This document shows, piece by piece, positions 39,175 through 47,669 of a stretch of 64,000 nt of DNA. Where the stretch lies: contig CALEDV010000023.1 in the NCBI GenBank assembly GCA_937949555.1, positions 12,869 to 76,868 on the forward strand. The letters are read 5' to 3'. This stretch comes from an uncultured bacterium (GTDB lineage: Bacteria; Nitrospirota; Thermodesulfovibrionia; Thermodesulfovibrionales; Dissulfurispiraceae). The position numbers were made by a program, and so were the translations under genes. The notes under the pieces are model-generated. The model worked only from the letters and a program-made list of their open reading frames with translations. It was not told the DNA's origin and did not search any database. Each line of letters opens with the position of its first letter. The stretch's first letter is position 1.

Positions 39175-39473
39175 CAGATATTTTAAGATATCAATCCTTT
39201 CTTAACATAGGCTGTGAGTTTTATCCCTGCCATGAGATAGCCAATTTTCACAATTGTATGTTTTGCTGGTGTCCACTTTATCTGCTTGACTGTAAAGGCA
39301 ATTACTTAATGATCAATGGCATAAAAGACTGCTCTCACTGTGTGTTGCCCCATATTGAGGGTGGGTATGAATATGTGCTCAAGGCGGTAAAAGAGCAGGT
39401 GTTCAGTCATAAAAGACAGAGAAGTGGCAGCAGGCGTAAACCGTTAGTTGATCAGTTAAGACTTTTTCTTTAA
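39156..39473 (+). CDS. Cysteine-rich small-domain protein (PF04071-like)
   Basis: CEFYPCHEIANFHNCMFCWCPLYLLDCKG...IKDCSHCVLPH. Non-ATG (TTG) start, 19-nt overlap with the ATPase gene. Start uncertain. Confidence 0.6.
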   Translation: MGDRYLTDILRYQSFLNIGCEFYPCHEIANFHNCMFCWCPLYLLDCKGNYLMINGIKDCSHCVLPHIEGGYEYVLKAVKEQVFSHKRQRSGSRRKPLVDQLRLFL

Positions 39474-39607
39474 GCTTTTTGATCTGCAGTCCCTTTGCTG
39501 GAATTTTTTACTTTCTCGATACAGCCAGATGATTTTACGCCATAGCTTATAGAGATATATGACATTTCTATATATGAAGGTCATCAAAGGAAATATTTCA
39601 GCAATAT

Positions 39608-39808
39608 GTCCTTAAATTGCCGATAGGAGTAAGAGGGTGTGCTGAAAGGGCTTTATTGCCACAGCTTTTTGCAAGGCCTTTGGACTTTTACAAATGATGC
39701 TCATTAAATCACCCCTTGATGACTTAATGAGCTATGACCCCTTTTTAATAAACCCTGTGGCAGTATAGGCATGCCCTCTTACTCTTACAGGTTTCTATCG
39801 GCAATCTT
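39608..39808 (-). repeat. ~205-bp long-palindrome (MITE/Correia-like) repeat, copy A (inverted relative to B and C)
   Basis: Termini GTCCTTAAATTGCCGATAGGAGTAAGAGGGTGTGC ... GCATGCCCTCTTACTCTTACAGGTTTCTATCGGCAAT are inverted repeats. The reverse complement aligns along its whole length with 52800-53009 (about 80 percent by eye, one 9-nt indel). Confidence 0.85.
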
Positions 39809-39901
39809 GGGATATGTAGGTTTTATTGATTTAACGCCCTTTAAACAATACAATATATAATTTGCATTTCACTAAATAGGATGTTTTGGAGGAGATAATA
39901 A

Positions 39902-42268
39902 GTGGACAGGCAGTCCTTTGAAAAACTCGATTATTACAAACTGCTTGCTATTATTGCAGAGGGTGCACATAGTCCTGTATCAAGACAGAGGGTTATGTCA
40001 TTGGAGCCTCTTCAGGATGTGGAAGATATAAGGTTAAGAAATGCTCAAATAGAAGACATTAGGGCTGCTATACAACGGGGTTTTGCCATAAGCCTTCAGG
40101 AGTATTCCGATATTGTTCCCTTGATTAAGAAAAGCACCCCTCAGGGTGCAATTCTTGATGCCTTTGAGCTGTACTGTTTTATCGCTGTATTTGAAAATAC
40201 GGAGCATATTCTTGGACTTCTTGGACAGCATCCTGAGCTTGTCAGTCTTCAGAGGGTTGTAGATAATGTGAATTCCTGTAAGGGATTGCTAAAGAGATTA
40301 AAACTTTCTGTAGATGCAGAAGGCAATATTCTTGATACAGCATCGTCAGCTCTTAAGGCTGTGAGGACTTCTATAAGGGGCATTGAGGCAAAGATACGCA
40401 GGAAGCTTGAAGATCTGGTGCAGTCTAAGGAAATTGCGGTTTTTTTGCAGGATAATTTTATTACCCAACGCTCAGGCAGATGGGTGATTCCTGTAAGAAT
40501 GGATTCAAAGGGGCAGGTTTCAGGGGTGGTGCACGATGTGTCAAAGTCCGGAGAAACTGCCTTCATTGAACCCCTATCCATTATAAACCTTACCAATGAG
40601 CTCGAAAATATGAGGGCAGAAGAAAAGTCAGAGGAGATTAAGGTGCTCAGGGAGTTATCTGATGATATTAGGGGCAATGCTGAGATTATACTGCTCTCTT
40701 TTGAAGCGCTTGTGTATTATGATTTGCTCAATGCCATTGCTAACTATGCTGAGAGATTGTCAATGGAGTCTCCTTCAGTAGTGGACTCACCTGGCATAAA
40801 ACTCTTTAATGCAAGGCATCCCCTTCTTTATAACAGTTTGCAGGCAAGGGGCATGGAAGATACCTTAGTGCCTCTTGATATTGTTATAGATGGCAGCAAA
40901 CCACTTATGATAATTACTGGGCCAAATGCAGGCGGTAAGACAATTGTTTTAAAGACTGTTGGGCTCTTAACCCTGATGGCGCTTACGGGTATGCCTATAC
41001 CAGCATCATCACTCTCTGTATTCCCTGTGTTTAGCAAAATACTTGCTGATATTGGCGATGAGCAGTCAATAGAAGACAGCCTTTCGACCTTTGCTGGTCA
41101 TATATCTAACCTTTCAAGATTTATATCTCAAGCTGACAGTAATTCTATGATACTCATTGATGAGCTTGGCACCGGGACGGATCCCCTGGAAGGCGCAGCC
41201 CTTGCCTCAGCAATATTAAAAGAACTCAGAGACACAGGCGCTTTGGTGTTAGCCAACACCCATCTCTCTGAGATAAAGGGTTTTGTGCAGAGGTCTGAGG
41301 GTATGATCAATGCCTCTATGGAGTTTGACCCAAAGGGTTTTAAACCCCTTTACAAGCTATCTATAGGGATCCCTGGACAATCCTATGCCTTTGAGACTGC
41401 CCGCCGTTATGGAATCTCTGAAAGGGTAATTGACACTGCAAAGGAACTTCTTGGCAGCCAAAAAATTGAGCTTGACAGCCTGTTAAGGGAACTTCAAGAG
41501 AAGGTTCAGCACTATGAAAGAATGAATGCAGAACTTCAGGAAAGGCTTATTGGGGTACAAAGACAGAGGGACGAATTAAAGGGGCTTATGGAGCAGGTGC
41601 AAGAGCAGAGTAGGGCGATATTGTCTAAGAGCCATAGGGATGCTGAGATGTTGATTGAGAAAACAAGGCAAGAGCTTTATCAACTCCTTGAAGAGGCAAA
41701 GACAATGGAGAAGGCATCTCTTAAGGCGTCTATAAAGCAGGTTTCGACAATGGCACAGGAGATGAGAAGGTCTATGGAGGCATTGCAGCCTACCTTGGAC
41801 AATAAAAGCCCCTGTATAGGTGAAATTAAAGAGGGAGACAGGGTTTATTCTGTTGTTGCCGGAGGTCCTGCAAGGATTGTGCAGATTAATCAAAAGCAGG
41901 AGAGGGTCAAGATAAATGCACAGGGCATAGAGTTTGATGTGCCTTTGAAAGATATATCCTTGCTTAAGGAGGGCAGACAAGATAAGGGCATCACAGAGAT
42001 TGTTGATAGTGAAGACCCTGGCATAGTTCTTACAGAGATAAATCTAATTGGAAAGAGGGTTGATGAAGCCCTTTCTGAGGTAGAACCATTTTTAAATCAT
42101 GCCTTTTTGTCAGGTATACATGAGGCGGTCATAATACACGGCGTTGGTTCAGGCATATTGAAAAGGGCGATACATCAGCACCTAAAGGGGCATAGTCTTG
42201 TGAAAGGTTTTGCAAATGCAAGCCCTTCTGAGGGTGGTGCAGGGGTGACAATAGTCAAGTTTAAGTAG
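39902..42268 (+). CDS. mutS2: Endonuclease MutS2 (Smr domain)
   Basis: 788 aa. GPNAGGKT Walker A, DELG.GTDP, C-terminal Smr (IHG.GSGILK). GTG start. Confidence 0.9.
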   Translation: MDRQSFEKLDYYKLLAIIAEGAHSPVSRQRVMSLEPLQDVEDIRLRNAQIEDIRAAIQRGFAISLQEYSDIVPLIKKSTPQGAILDAFELYCFIAVFENTEHILGLLGQHPELVSLQRVVDNVNSCKGLLKRLKLSVDAEGNILDTASSALKAVRTSIRGIEAKIRRKLEDLVQSKEIAVFLQDNFITQRSGRWVIPVRMDSKGQVSGVVHDVSKSGETAFIEPLSIINLTNELENMRAEEKSEEIKVLRELSDDIRGNAEIILLSFEALVYYDLLNAIANYAERLSMESPSVVDSPGIKLFNARHPLLYNSLQARGMEDTLVPLDIVIDGSKPLMIITGPNAGGKTIVLKTVGLLTLMALTGMPIPASSLSVFPVFSKILADIGDEQSIEDSLSTFAGHISNLSRFISQADSNSMILIDELGTGTDPLEGAALASAILKELRDTGALVLANTHLSEIKGFVQRSEGMINASMEFDPKGFKPLYKLSIGIPGQSYAFETARRYGISERVIDTAKELLGSQKIELDSLLRELQEKVQHYERMNAELQERLIGVQRQRDELKGLMEQVQEQSRAILSKSHRDAEMLIEKTRQELYQLLEEAKTMEKASLKASIKQVSTMAQEMRRSMEALQPTLDNKSPCIGEIKEGDRVYSVVAGGPARIVQINQKQERVKINAQGIEFDVPLKDISLLKEGRQDKGITEIVDSEDPGIVLTEINLIGKRVDEALSEVEPFLNHAFLSGIHEAVIIHGVGSGILKRAIHQHLKGHSLVKGFANASPSEGGAGVTIVKFK

Positions 42269-42363
42269 CCCTCGGCATGTTTTTTAATCTATTGCTGCCT
42301 ATTATTTAGGCAGTGTCAATCAATTTAATCTTATAACCCACTGATATTTGGAGGTATGATTAA

Positions 42364-42379
42364 TGGCACATTAGTTGCG
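42364..42379 (+). promoter_or_regulatory. Sigma-54 promoter-like element upstream of GATase-glnB-glnA
   Basis: TGGCACATTAGTTGCG: GG and GC in canonical -24/-12 register (TGGCAC-N5-TTGC). The ATG at 42394 is only 16 nt after the GC. Confidence 0.45.
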
Positions 42380-42393
42380 TATTACATTTTGTC

Positions 42394-43092
42394 ATGTCAA
42401 CTGTGATATTAAAACATCTTCACAACGAAGGGCCTGGCACTATTGAGGAATATCTAAAGAATAAGGATATGTCCTATAGGGTCATCGAAATATACAATAA
42501 TGAGCCAATACCTTCTGTTGATGATTTCAGTATTCTTGTTGTATTAGGCGGCACCATGAGCGTCAATGATGAGGACAGGTATGCCTTTATAGGGCAGGAG
42601 TTAAGGTTAATAGAAGATGCTTTATGGAAGGGCAAGAGGGTTATTGGGATCTGTCTTGGAGCGCAACTGATTGCCAAGGCTCTTGGTAGTAGAGTTTATA
42701 AGGGAGAGGTTGTTGAAGCAGGATGGGGTGATATTGTCTTCACTAATAATGGTCTTAGAGATACAAATATAAGAAAACTTGCTATGCATCCCAGTGTAGG
42801 TGATCTATGGCAGAGGATCAAGGTATTTCAATGGCATGGTGAGACCTTTGACATCCCTAAAGATGCAGAGCATCTTGCAAGTTCTGAATTATATCCAAAT
42901 CAGGCATTCAGATATAACCAGTTTGTCTATGCCTTTCAATTCCATATTGAGGTTACCAAGGGCATGATAACTGATTGGATGAGTAATGAGCCCATTGATA
43001 AAGGGCTACTTAACAGGGATACTGAAAATTATTACGACATGTATTATGGAAGGGCAAAGAATTTTTATGAGTCCTTTTTTAGGTTAGATTAG
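42394..43092 (+). CDS. Class I glutamine amidotransferase (GATase1, COG0518-like)
   Basis: 232 aa. ILKHLHNEGPGTI, GICLGAQL nucleophile elbow, FQFHIEV. Confidence 0.8.
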   Translation: MSTVILKHLHNEGPGTIEEYLKNKDMSYRVIEIYNNEPIPSVDDFSILVVLGGTMSVNDEDRYAFIGQELRLIEDALWKGKRVIGICLGAQLIAKALGSRVYKGEVVEAGWGDIVFTNNGLRDTNIRKLAMHPSVGDLWQRIKVFQWHGETFDIPKDAEHLASSELYPNQAFRYNQFVYAFQFHIEVTKGMITDWMSNEPIDKGLLNRDTENYYDMYYGRAKNFYESFFRLD

Positions 43093-43461
<369 letters not shown>

Positions 43462-43488
43462 AAAACAAAAAACACAAGGAGGATTGAT

Positions 43489-44904
43489 TTGATGACACCA
43501 AAGGATGTAATCAAGATGGCACAAGAGAACAAGGCAGTGATGGTAGATTTTAAGTTTCTCGACTATCCAGGCATATGGCAGCATTTTGCAGCGCCTATAT
43601 CAGAGCTTACGGAATCGGTATTTGAAGAGGGGCTTGGTTTTGACGGTTCCTCTATAAGGGGTTGGCAGGCTATTCACACTTCAGATATGCTTGTGATGCC
43701 TGACCCCTCAACAGCAGTAATGGACCCCTTTGCCAAGGTCCCAAATATCAGTCTTATCTGTAATATTGTTGACCCCTATACAAAGGAATACTACTCAAGG
43801 GATCCCCGTTATATTGCCCAGAAGGCAGAGGCATATCTAAAGTCAACGGGGATTGGAGATATTGCCTATTTTGGTCCAGAGGCAGAGTTCTTTATCTTTG
43901 ATAACGTTAGATTTGATCAGAATTCATATAGTGGGTACTATTTTATTGATTCCGTAGAGGGTATATGGAATTCGGGCAGGGAGGAGAACCCAAATCTTGG
44001 CTATAAACCAAGACACAAGGAGGGGTACTTCCCTGTTCCACCTACTGACAGCCTTGTGGATATCAGGCAGGAGATGGTCCTGGAGATGCAAAAATGCGGC
44101 ATTTATGTCGAAAAGGAGCATCACGAGGTAGCCACCGCAGGGCAGGCTGAGATTGATATGCGTTTTGAGTCTTTGGTCAAGATGGCTGATGCCCTTATGA
44201 TGTTTAAATACATCATCAAGAATGTCGCCAAGAAGCATGGCAAGACAGTAACCTTTATGCCAAAGCCCATATTTGGAGACAATGGTTCGGGTATGCACAC
44301 CCATCAGAGCATTTGGAAGGGCGGAAAGCCCCTTTTTGCCGGCAATGGATATGCAGGATTAAGCGATACAGCGCTTTACTATATTGGCGGTATATTAAAG
44401 CATGCAAAGTCACTTGCTGCAATCACTAATCCTACTACTAATTCCTATAAAAGATTGACACCAGGGTTTGAGGCGCCTGTAAATCTTGCCTATTCTGCAA
44501 GAAATCGTTCTGCTTCTATTAGGATTCCCACTTACTCTGCAAGTCCAAAGGCAAAGAGGTGTGAGGTCAGATTCCCTGATCCTTCTTGCAATCCCTATTT
44601 AGCCTTTGCCGCAATGCTTATGGCTGGGCTTGATGGCATTGAGAACAAGATTCATCCAGGAGAGCCTTTGGATAAGGATATTTATGAGCTTGGACCTGAG
44701 GAACTTGCTTCGGTTCCCACAATGCCTGCTAGCCTGGATGAGGCATTGGATAATCTTGAGGAGGATCATGAGTACTTATTAAAAGGCAATGTATTTACCG
44801 AGGATGCCCTTGAGACATGGATAAGCTACAAGAGGTCAAGGGAGGTTGATGCCCTTAGGCTTAGACCACACCCCTATGAGTACTTCCTCTATTACGATAT
44901 CTAA
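43489..44904 (+). CDS. glnA: Glutamine synthetase, type I
   Basis: 471 aa. [40 protein letters not shown]. Confidence 0.93.
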   Translation: MMTPKDVIKMAQENKAVMVDFKFLDYPGIWQHFAAPISELTESVFEEGLGFDGSSIRGWQAIHTSDMLVMPDPSTAVMDPFAKVPNISLICNIVDPYTKEYYSRDPRYIAQKAEAYLKSTGIGDIAYFGPEAEFFIFDNVRFDQNSYSGYYFIDSVEGIWNSGREENPNLGYKPRHKEGYFPVPPTDSLVDIRQEMVLEMQKCGIYVEKEHHEVATAGQAEIDMRFESLVKMADALMMFKYIIKNVAKKHGKTVTFMPKPIFGDNGSGMHTHQSIWKGGKPLFAGNGYAGLSDTALYYIGGILKHAKSLAAITNPTTNSYKRLTPGFEAPVNLAYSARNRSASIRIPTYSASPKAKRCEVRFPDPSCNPYLAFAAMLMAGLDGIENKIHPGEPLDKDIYELGPEELASVPTMPASLDEALDNLEEDHEYLLKGNVFTEDALETWISYKRSREVDALRLRPHPYEYFLYYDI

Positions 44905-44931
44905 CAGTAAGTTTTGCCATCCAATAATTAA

Positions 44932-44952
44932 GCCCCTCTTTTTAGGAGGGGC
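44932..44952 (+). terminator. Rho-independent terminator-like hairpin after glnA
   Basis: GCCCCTC (44932-44938) pairs with GAGGGGC (44946-44952), followed by CTTGTGTTCC. Confidence 0.5.
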
Positions 44953-45109
44953 CTTGTGTTCCTTGCAATCCCATAATCTCGGTAACTTCATGTGCTTTGG
45001 CAGATGTTGCTCTCTCAAGAACTGCAACAGGGATTACAATAAATATGTGCTGATAATATATAATCTAAGTTCAATATCATAGGAATCATAGGAACAAGGA
45101 GGAATATCA

Positions 45110-45685
45110 ATGAAGTCGTTGAAGGGAACAAAGACAGAAAAAAATATCCTAACCGCCTTCGCAGGGGAATCTCAGGCAAGAAACAGATACACCTATTTTG
45201 CCAAACAGGCAAAGAAGGAAGGATATGAGCAGATAGCCTTTATATTTGAGGAGACGGCTAATCAGGAAAAGGAACATGCCAAAAGGCTCTTTAAGCAGCT
45301 TGAAGGTGGAGAGGTGGAGATATGCGCTGCCTTCCCTGCTGGGGTTATTGGGACCACTGTAGAGAACCTCAAAGAGGCTGCTGCAGGGGAAAACTATGAG
45401 CAGACCACTATGTATCCAGGATTTGCGAAGATAGCGAGGGAGGAAGGCTTTGAGGCTATTGCCCTTATCTTTGAAGCTATTGCTGTAGCTGAGAGGCAAC
45501 ATGAAAAGAGGTATCGTGCCCTTATGTCCAATATTGAAAAGGGTATCGTATTTAAGAGAGACCAGAAGACAACCTGGCGTTGCCGTAATTGTGGATATAT
45601 GCATGAAGGCTTGAGCGCTCCTGAAAAGTGTCCTGCCTGTGATCATCCTCAGGCACACTTTGAGATTAACGGAGAGAATTGGTAA
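45110..45685 (+). CDS. rbr: Rubrerythrin
   Basis: 191 aa. Di-iron ExxH motifs (EKEHAKR, ERQHEKR) and a C-terminal rubredoxin-like CRNCG...CPAC. Confidence 0.92.
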   Translation: MKSLKGTKTEKNILTAFAGESQARNRYTYFAKQAKKEGYEQIAFIFEETANQEKEHAKRLFKQLEGGEVEICAAFPAGVIGTTVENLKEAAAGENYEQTTMYPGFAKIAREEGFEAIALIFEAIAVAERQHEKRYRALMSNIEKGIVFKRDQKTTWRCRNCGYMHEGLSAPEKCPACDHPQAHFEINGENW

Positions 45686-45707
45686 TACTTTAATTTGTAG
45701 TCTATTG

Positions 45708-45753
45708 TGTTTAAACCGTTCATGCCTCTTAGGAGTTGCTTGAACGGTTTAAA
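45708..45753. terminator. 14-bp perfect hairpin between convergent rbr and phosphohexomutase genes
   Basis: GTTTAAACCGTTCA (45708-45721) pairs with TGAACGGTTTAAAC (45740-45753). Confidence 0.6.
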
Positions 45754-45764
45754 CAATCTCAATG

Positions 45765-47393
45765 TTAGTTTTCTATCGCCTCCATAGCAATTCTCTCAGC
45801 AAGCGTAAAGAGCGCATTCTTTCCTCCTTCAGTCCTTGATTCAATGTAGAAGCGCACCTTGGGTTCAGTGCCTGAGGGCCTTATCATAAACCATGAGCCA
45901 TCCTCAAGGATTATCTTAGTGCCATCAACAGTAAGAACCTCTTTAACGGCAAGGTCAACTCCGTTGAGATTGATGCTTGTGCCTGCAGGATATTTTTTTG
46001 ATACCACCGATAGCTTATCAAGCAATGGTTTGCCTGCCAACGAACGGTCAACGGCAATGCCTGACCTGTCTGGATAGAATGTGCCAAAGGTATTCATTAT
46101 TTCCTTCAGATAGACACTGATGTTTTTCCCTATAACGGCCATCATCTCAAGGGCAACAAAAAGACCAATTAGTGCGTCCTTTTCAAGGGTATGATTGTAA
46201 AGGGAGATCCCGTCGGATTCCTCAAAGGCTACTATTGCCCTTTCTGTTGCAGATTCAAGCAGATAGGGCCTGAAGTTTTTGAATCCCACCTTGGTCTCTT
46301 TTATTGCAATGCCTAATTTATCTGCAATGGCATTAACAAAGTTGCTTGTCCCCACTGATTTAGCTACACAACCCCTAATGCCCTTGTGTTGATATAAAAA
46401 GTGCAACGCCATTGCCCCAAAGTAATTCATTGGGATCTGCATAGAGCCATCTGAAAACCTTATCCTGTCTCCATCGGGGTCCATTATTACTCCAAGCTTA
46501 AACTTGGCGTTGCTTCCTTTTAGTATTGCTTCTACCCCTATCATGTTCTTTTCTGAAGGTTCAGGGGCAATCCCACCAAATAGATAGTCTTGTTCTGTCC
46601 TTAGATATAGAATCTTTTTGCTTTCCCCTAAGATTCTTTGCACCTTTCCTCTTGTGGCTCCATGTACATTATCTATGCACAATAGCAAGTCTTCACTGTT
46701 TATAAAACTTATGATCCTTTCTAAATCAATGGTTGATTTAGTCTTTAAGTATTTAATGTATAAATCAGTGAGGTCAATATGTTGGAGGGAGCTCACAGGA
46801 TAGGTCTTAAGGACAACTCCCTTTTTCATCATCCTATTGGCATAGGATTCAAAAAGAGAGGTTATCTCTGTGCCGGCAGGCCCACCATCTGAAGGGTTGA
46901 ATTTGAAGCCTGCAAAGTTTGCAGGGTTGTGGGAGGGGGTTAAGTTAATAGAACAGGCTGCCTTTAGCATCTCTAAGCCTGCAGAGAATTCAGGGGTGAT
47001 TGATTCACCGCTATACCAAGTTAGTATGCCCTCCTGTTGCAGCAATCCTATGACTTCCATTGCGAAGTCCCTACCCAAAAAGCGATTGTCGTGTCCGACA
47101 ATAACACCTCTTTTTTTTATCTCCTCAAAGCTATCTACCCCCATGGCTTGCATAAAATCCTTATCTTCACTCTTGAACGCCTCAATTATTGCAGAGGTAA
47201 CGATCCTCACATTATTGAAGGTATAATCTGTCCCAATCTCGCCCCTCCATCCTGAGGTGCCGAATACTATCTCAGCAGGTTTTGTGTTTTCCCTTGCAAA
47301 TCTTTCAATGTTGGGAAGGAGAGACTTGTTATTGCGTGGGTCCTTTAGTATTTCCTTCCAGCACTCTGAGGCATTGGTAAAGGTATTTCCCAT
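45765..47393 (-). CDS. Phosphoglucomutase/phosphomannomutase-family alpha-D-phosphohexomutase
   Basis: 542 aa. Active-site TPSHNP, metal loop DPDGDR, GTEPK-like SGTEPKVRFY. Confidence 0.85.
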   Translation of the reverse strand: MGNTFTNASECWKEILKDPRNNKSLLPNIERFARENTKPAEIVFGTSGWRGEIGTDYTFNNVRIVTSAIIEAFKSEDKDFMQAMGVDSFEEIKKRGVIVGHDNRFLGRDFAMEVIGLLQQEGILTWYSGESITPEFSAGLEMLKAACSINLTPSHNPANFAGFKFNPSDGGPAGTEITSLFESYANRMMKKGVVLKTYPVSSLQHIDLTDLYIKYLKTKSTIDLERIISFINSEDLLLCIDNVHGATRGKVQRILGESKKILYLRTEQDYLFGGIAPEPSEKNMIGVEAILKGSNAKFKLGVIMDPDGDRIRFSDGSMQIPMNYFGAMALHFLYQHKGIRGCVAKSVGTSNFVNAIADKLGIAIKETKVGFKNFRPYLLESATERAIVAFEESDGISLYNHTLEKDALIGLFVALEMMAVIGKNISVYLKEIMNTFGTFYPDRSGIAVDRSLAGKPLLDKLSVVSKKYPAGTSINLNGVDLAVKEVLTVDGTKIILEDGSWFMIRPSGTEPKVRFYIESRTEGGKNALFTLAERIAMEAIEN

Positions 47394-47461
47394 TGAAATA
47401 TCCTCCTTTGTTTTCTATCGGTAGAGAGTATATTGTATTGAAAGCCCTGTTTACTTTTCAA

Positions 47462-47662
47462 TTATTGGTTCTTCAGAATAATTTGTGTATTGCCAGAGGT
47501 TTGCTCAAGCACGCCAAGTATCATATTGATAATAGTAGTGTTGCCAGCACCCTTTGGACCTGACAGTCCAACTATCTCTCCGCAACCAACCTCAAAGGAT
47601 ATGTTTTTGACACCCCTTAGACTTCCAGAATCCTTGCACACACCCGATATAGATAGGGTCAT
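47462..47662 (-). pseudogene. Truncated ABC-transporter ATPase N-terminal stub
   Basis: 66 aa. ISFEVGCGEIVGLSGPKGAGNTT (Walker A with Lys replaced by Asn), then stop. No Q-loop, signature or Walker B. Confidence 0.6.
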
Positions 47663-47669
47663 GATTTAA

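Noticed and set aside
42845-42858. 14-nt identity (GAGACCTTTGACAT) between the GATase coding region and the trpB2/pckG upstream element
   Set aside because: Exact 14-mers are expected by chance several times in a 64-kb window (both strands). It lies inside a coding region and has no flanking similarity.
45052-45065. GATAATATATAATC upstream of rubrerythrin as a Fur/PerR box
   Set aside because: Only one half matches the PerR (TTATAATNATTATAA) or Fur hexamer consensus, and it overlaps a plausible -10 TATAAT. AT-rich sequence gives such matches easily.
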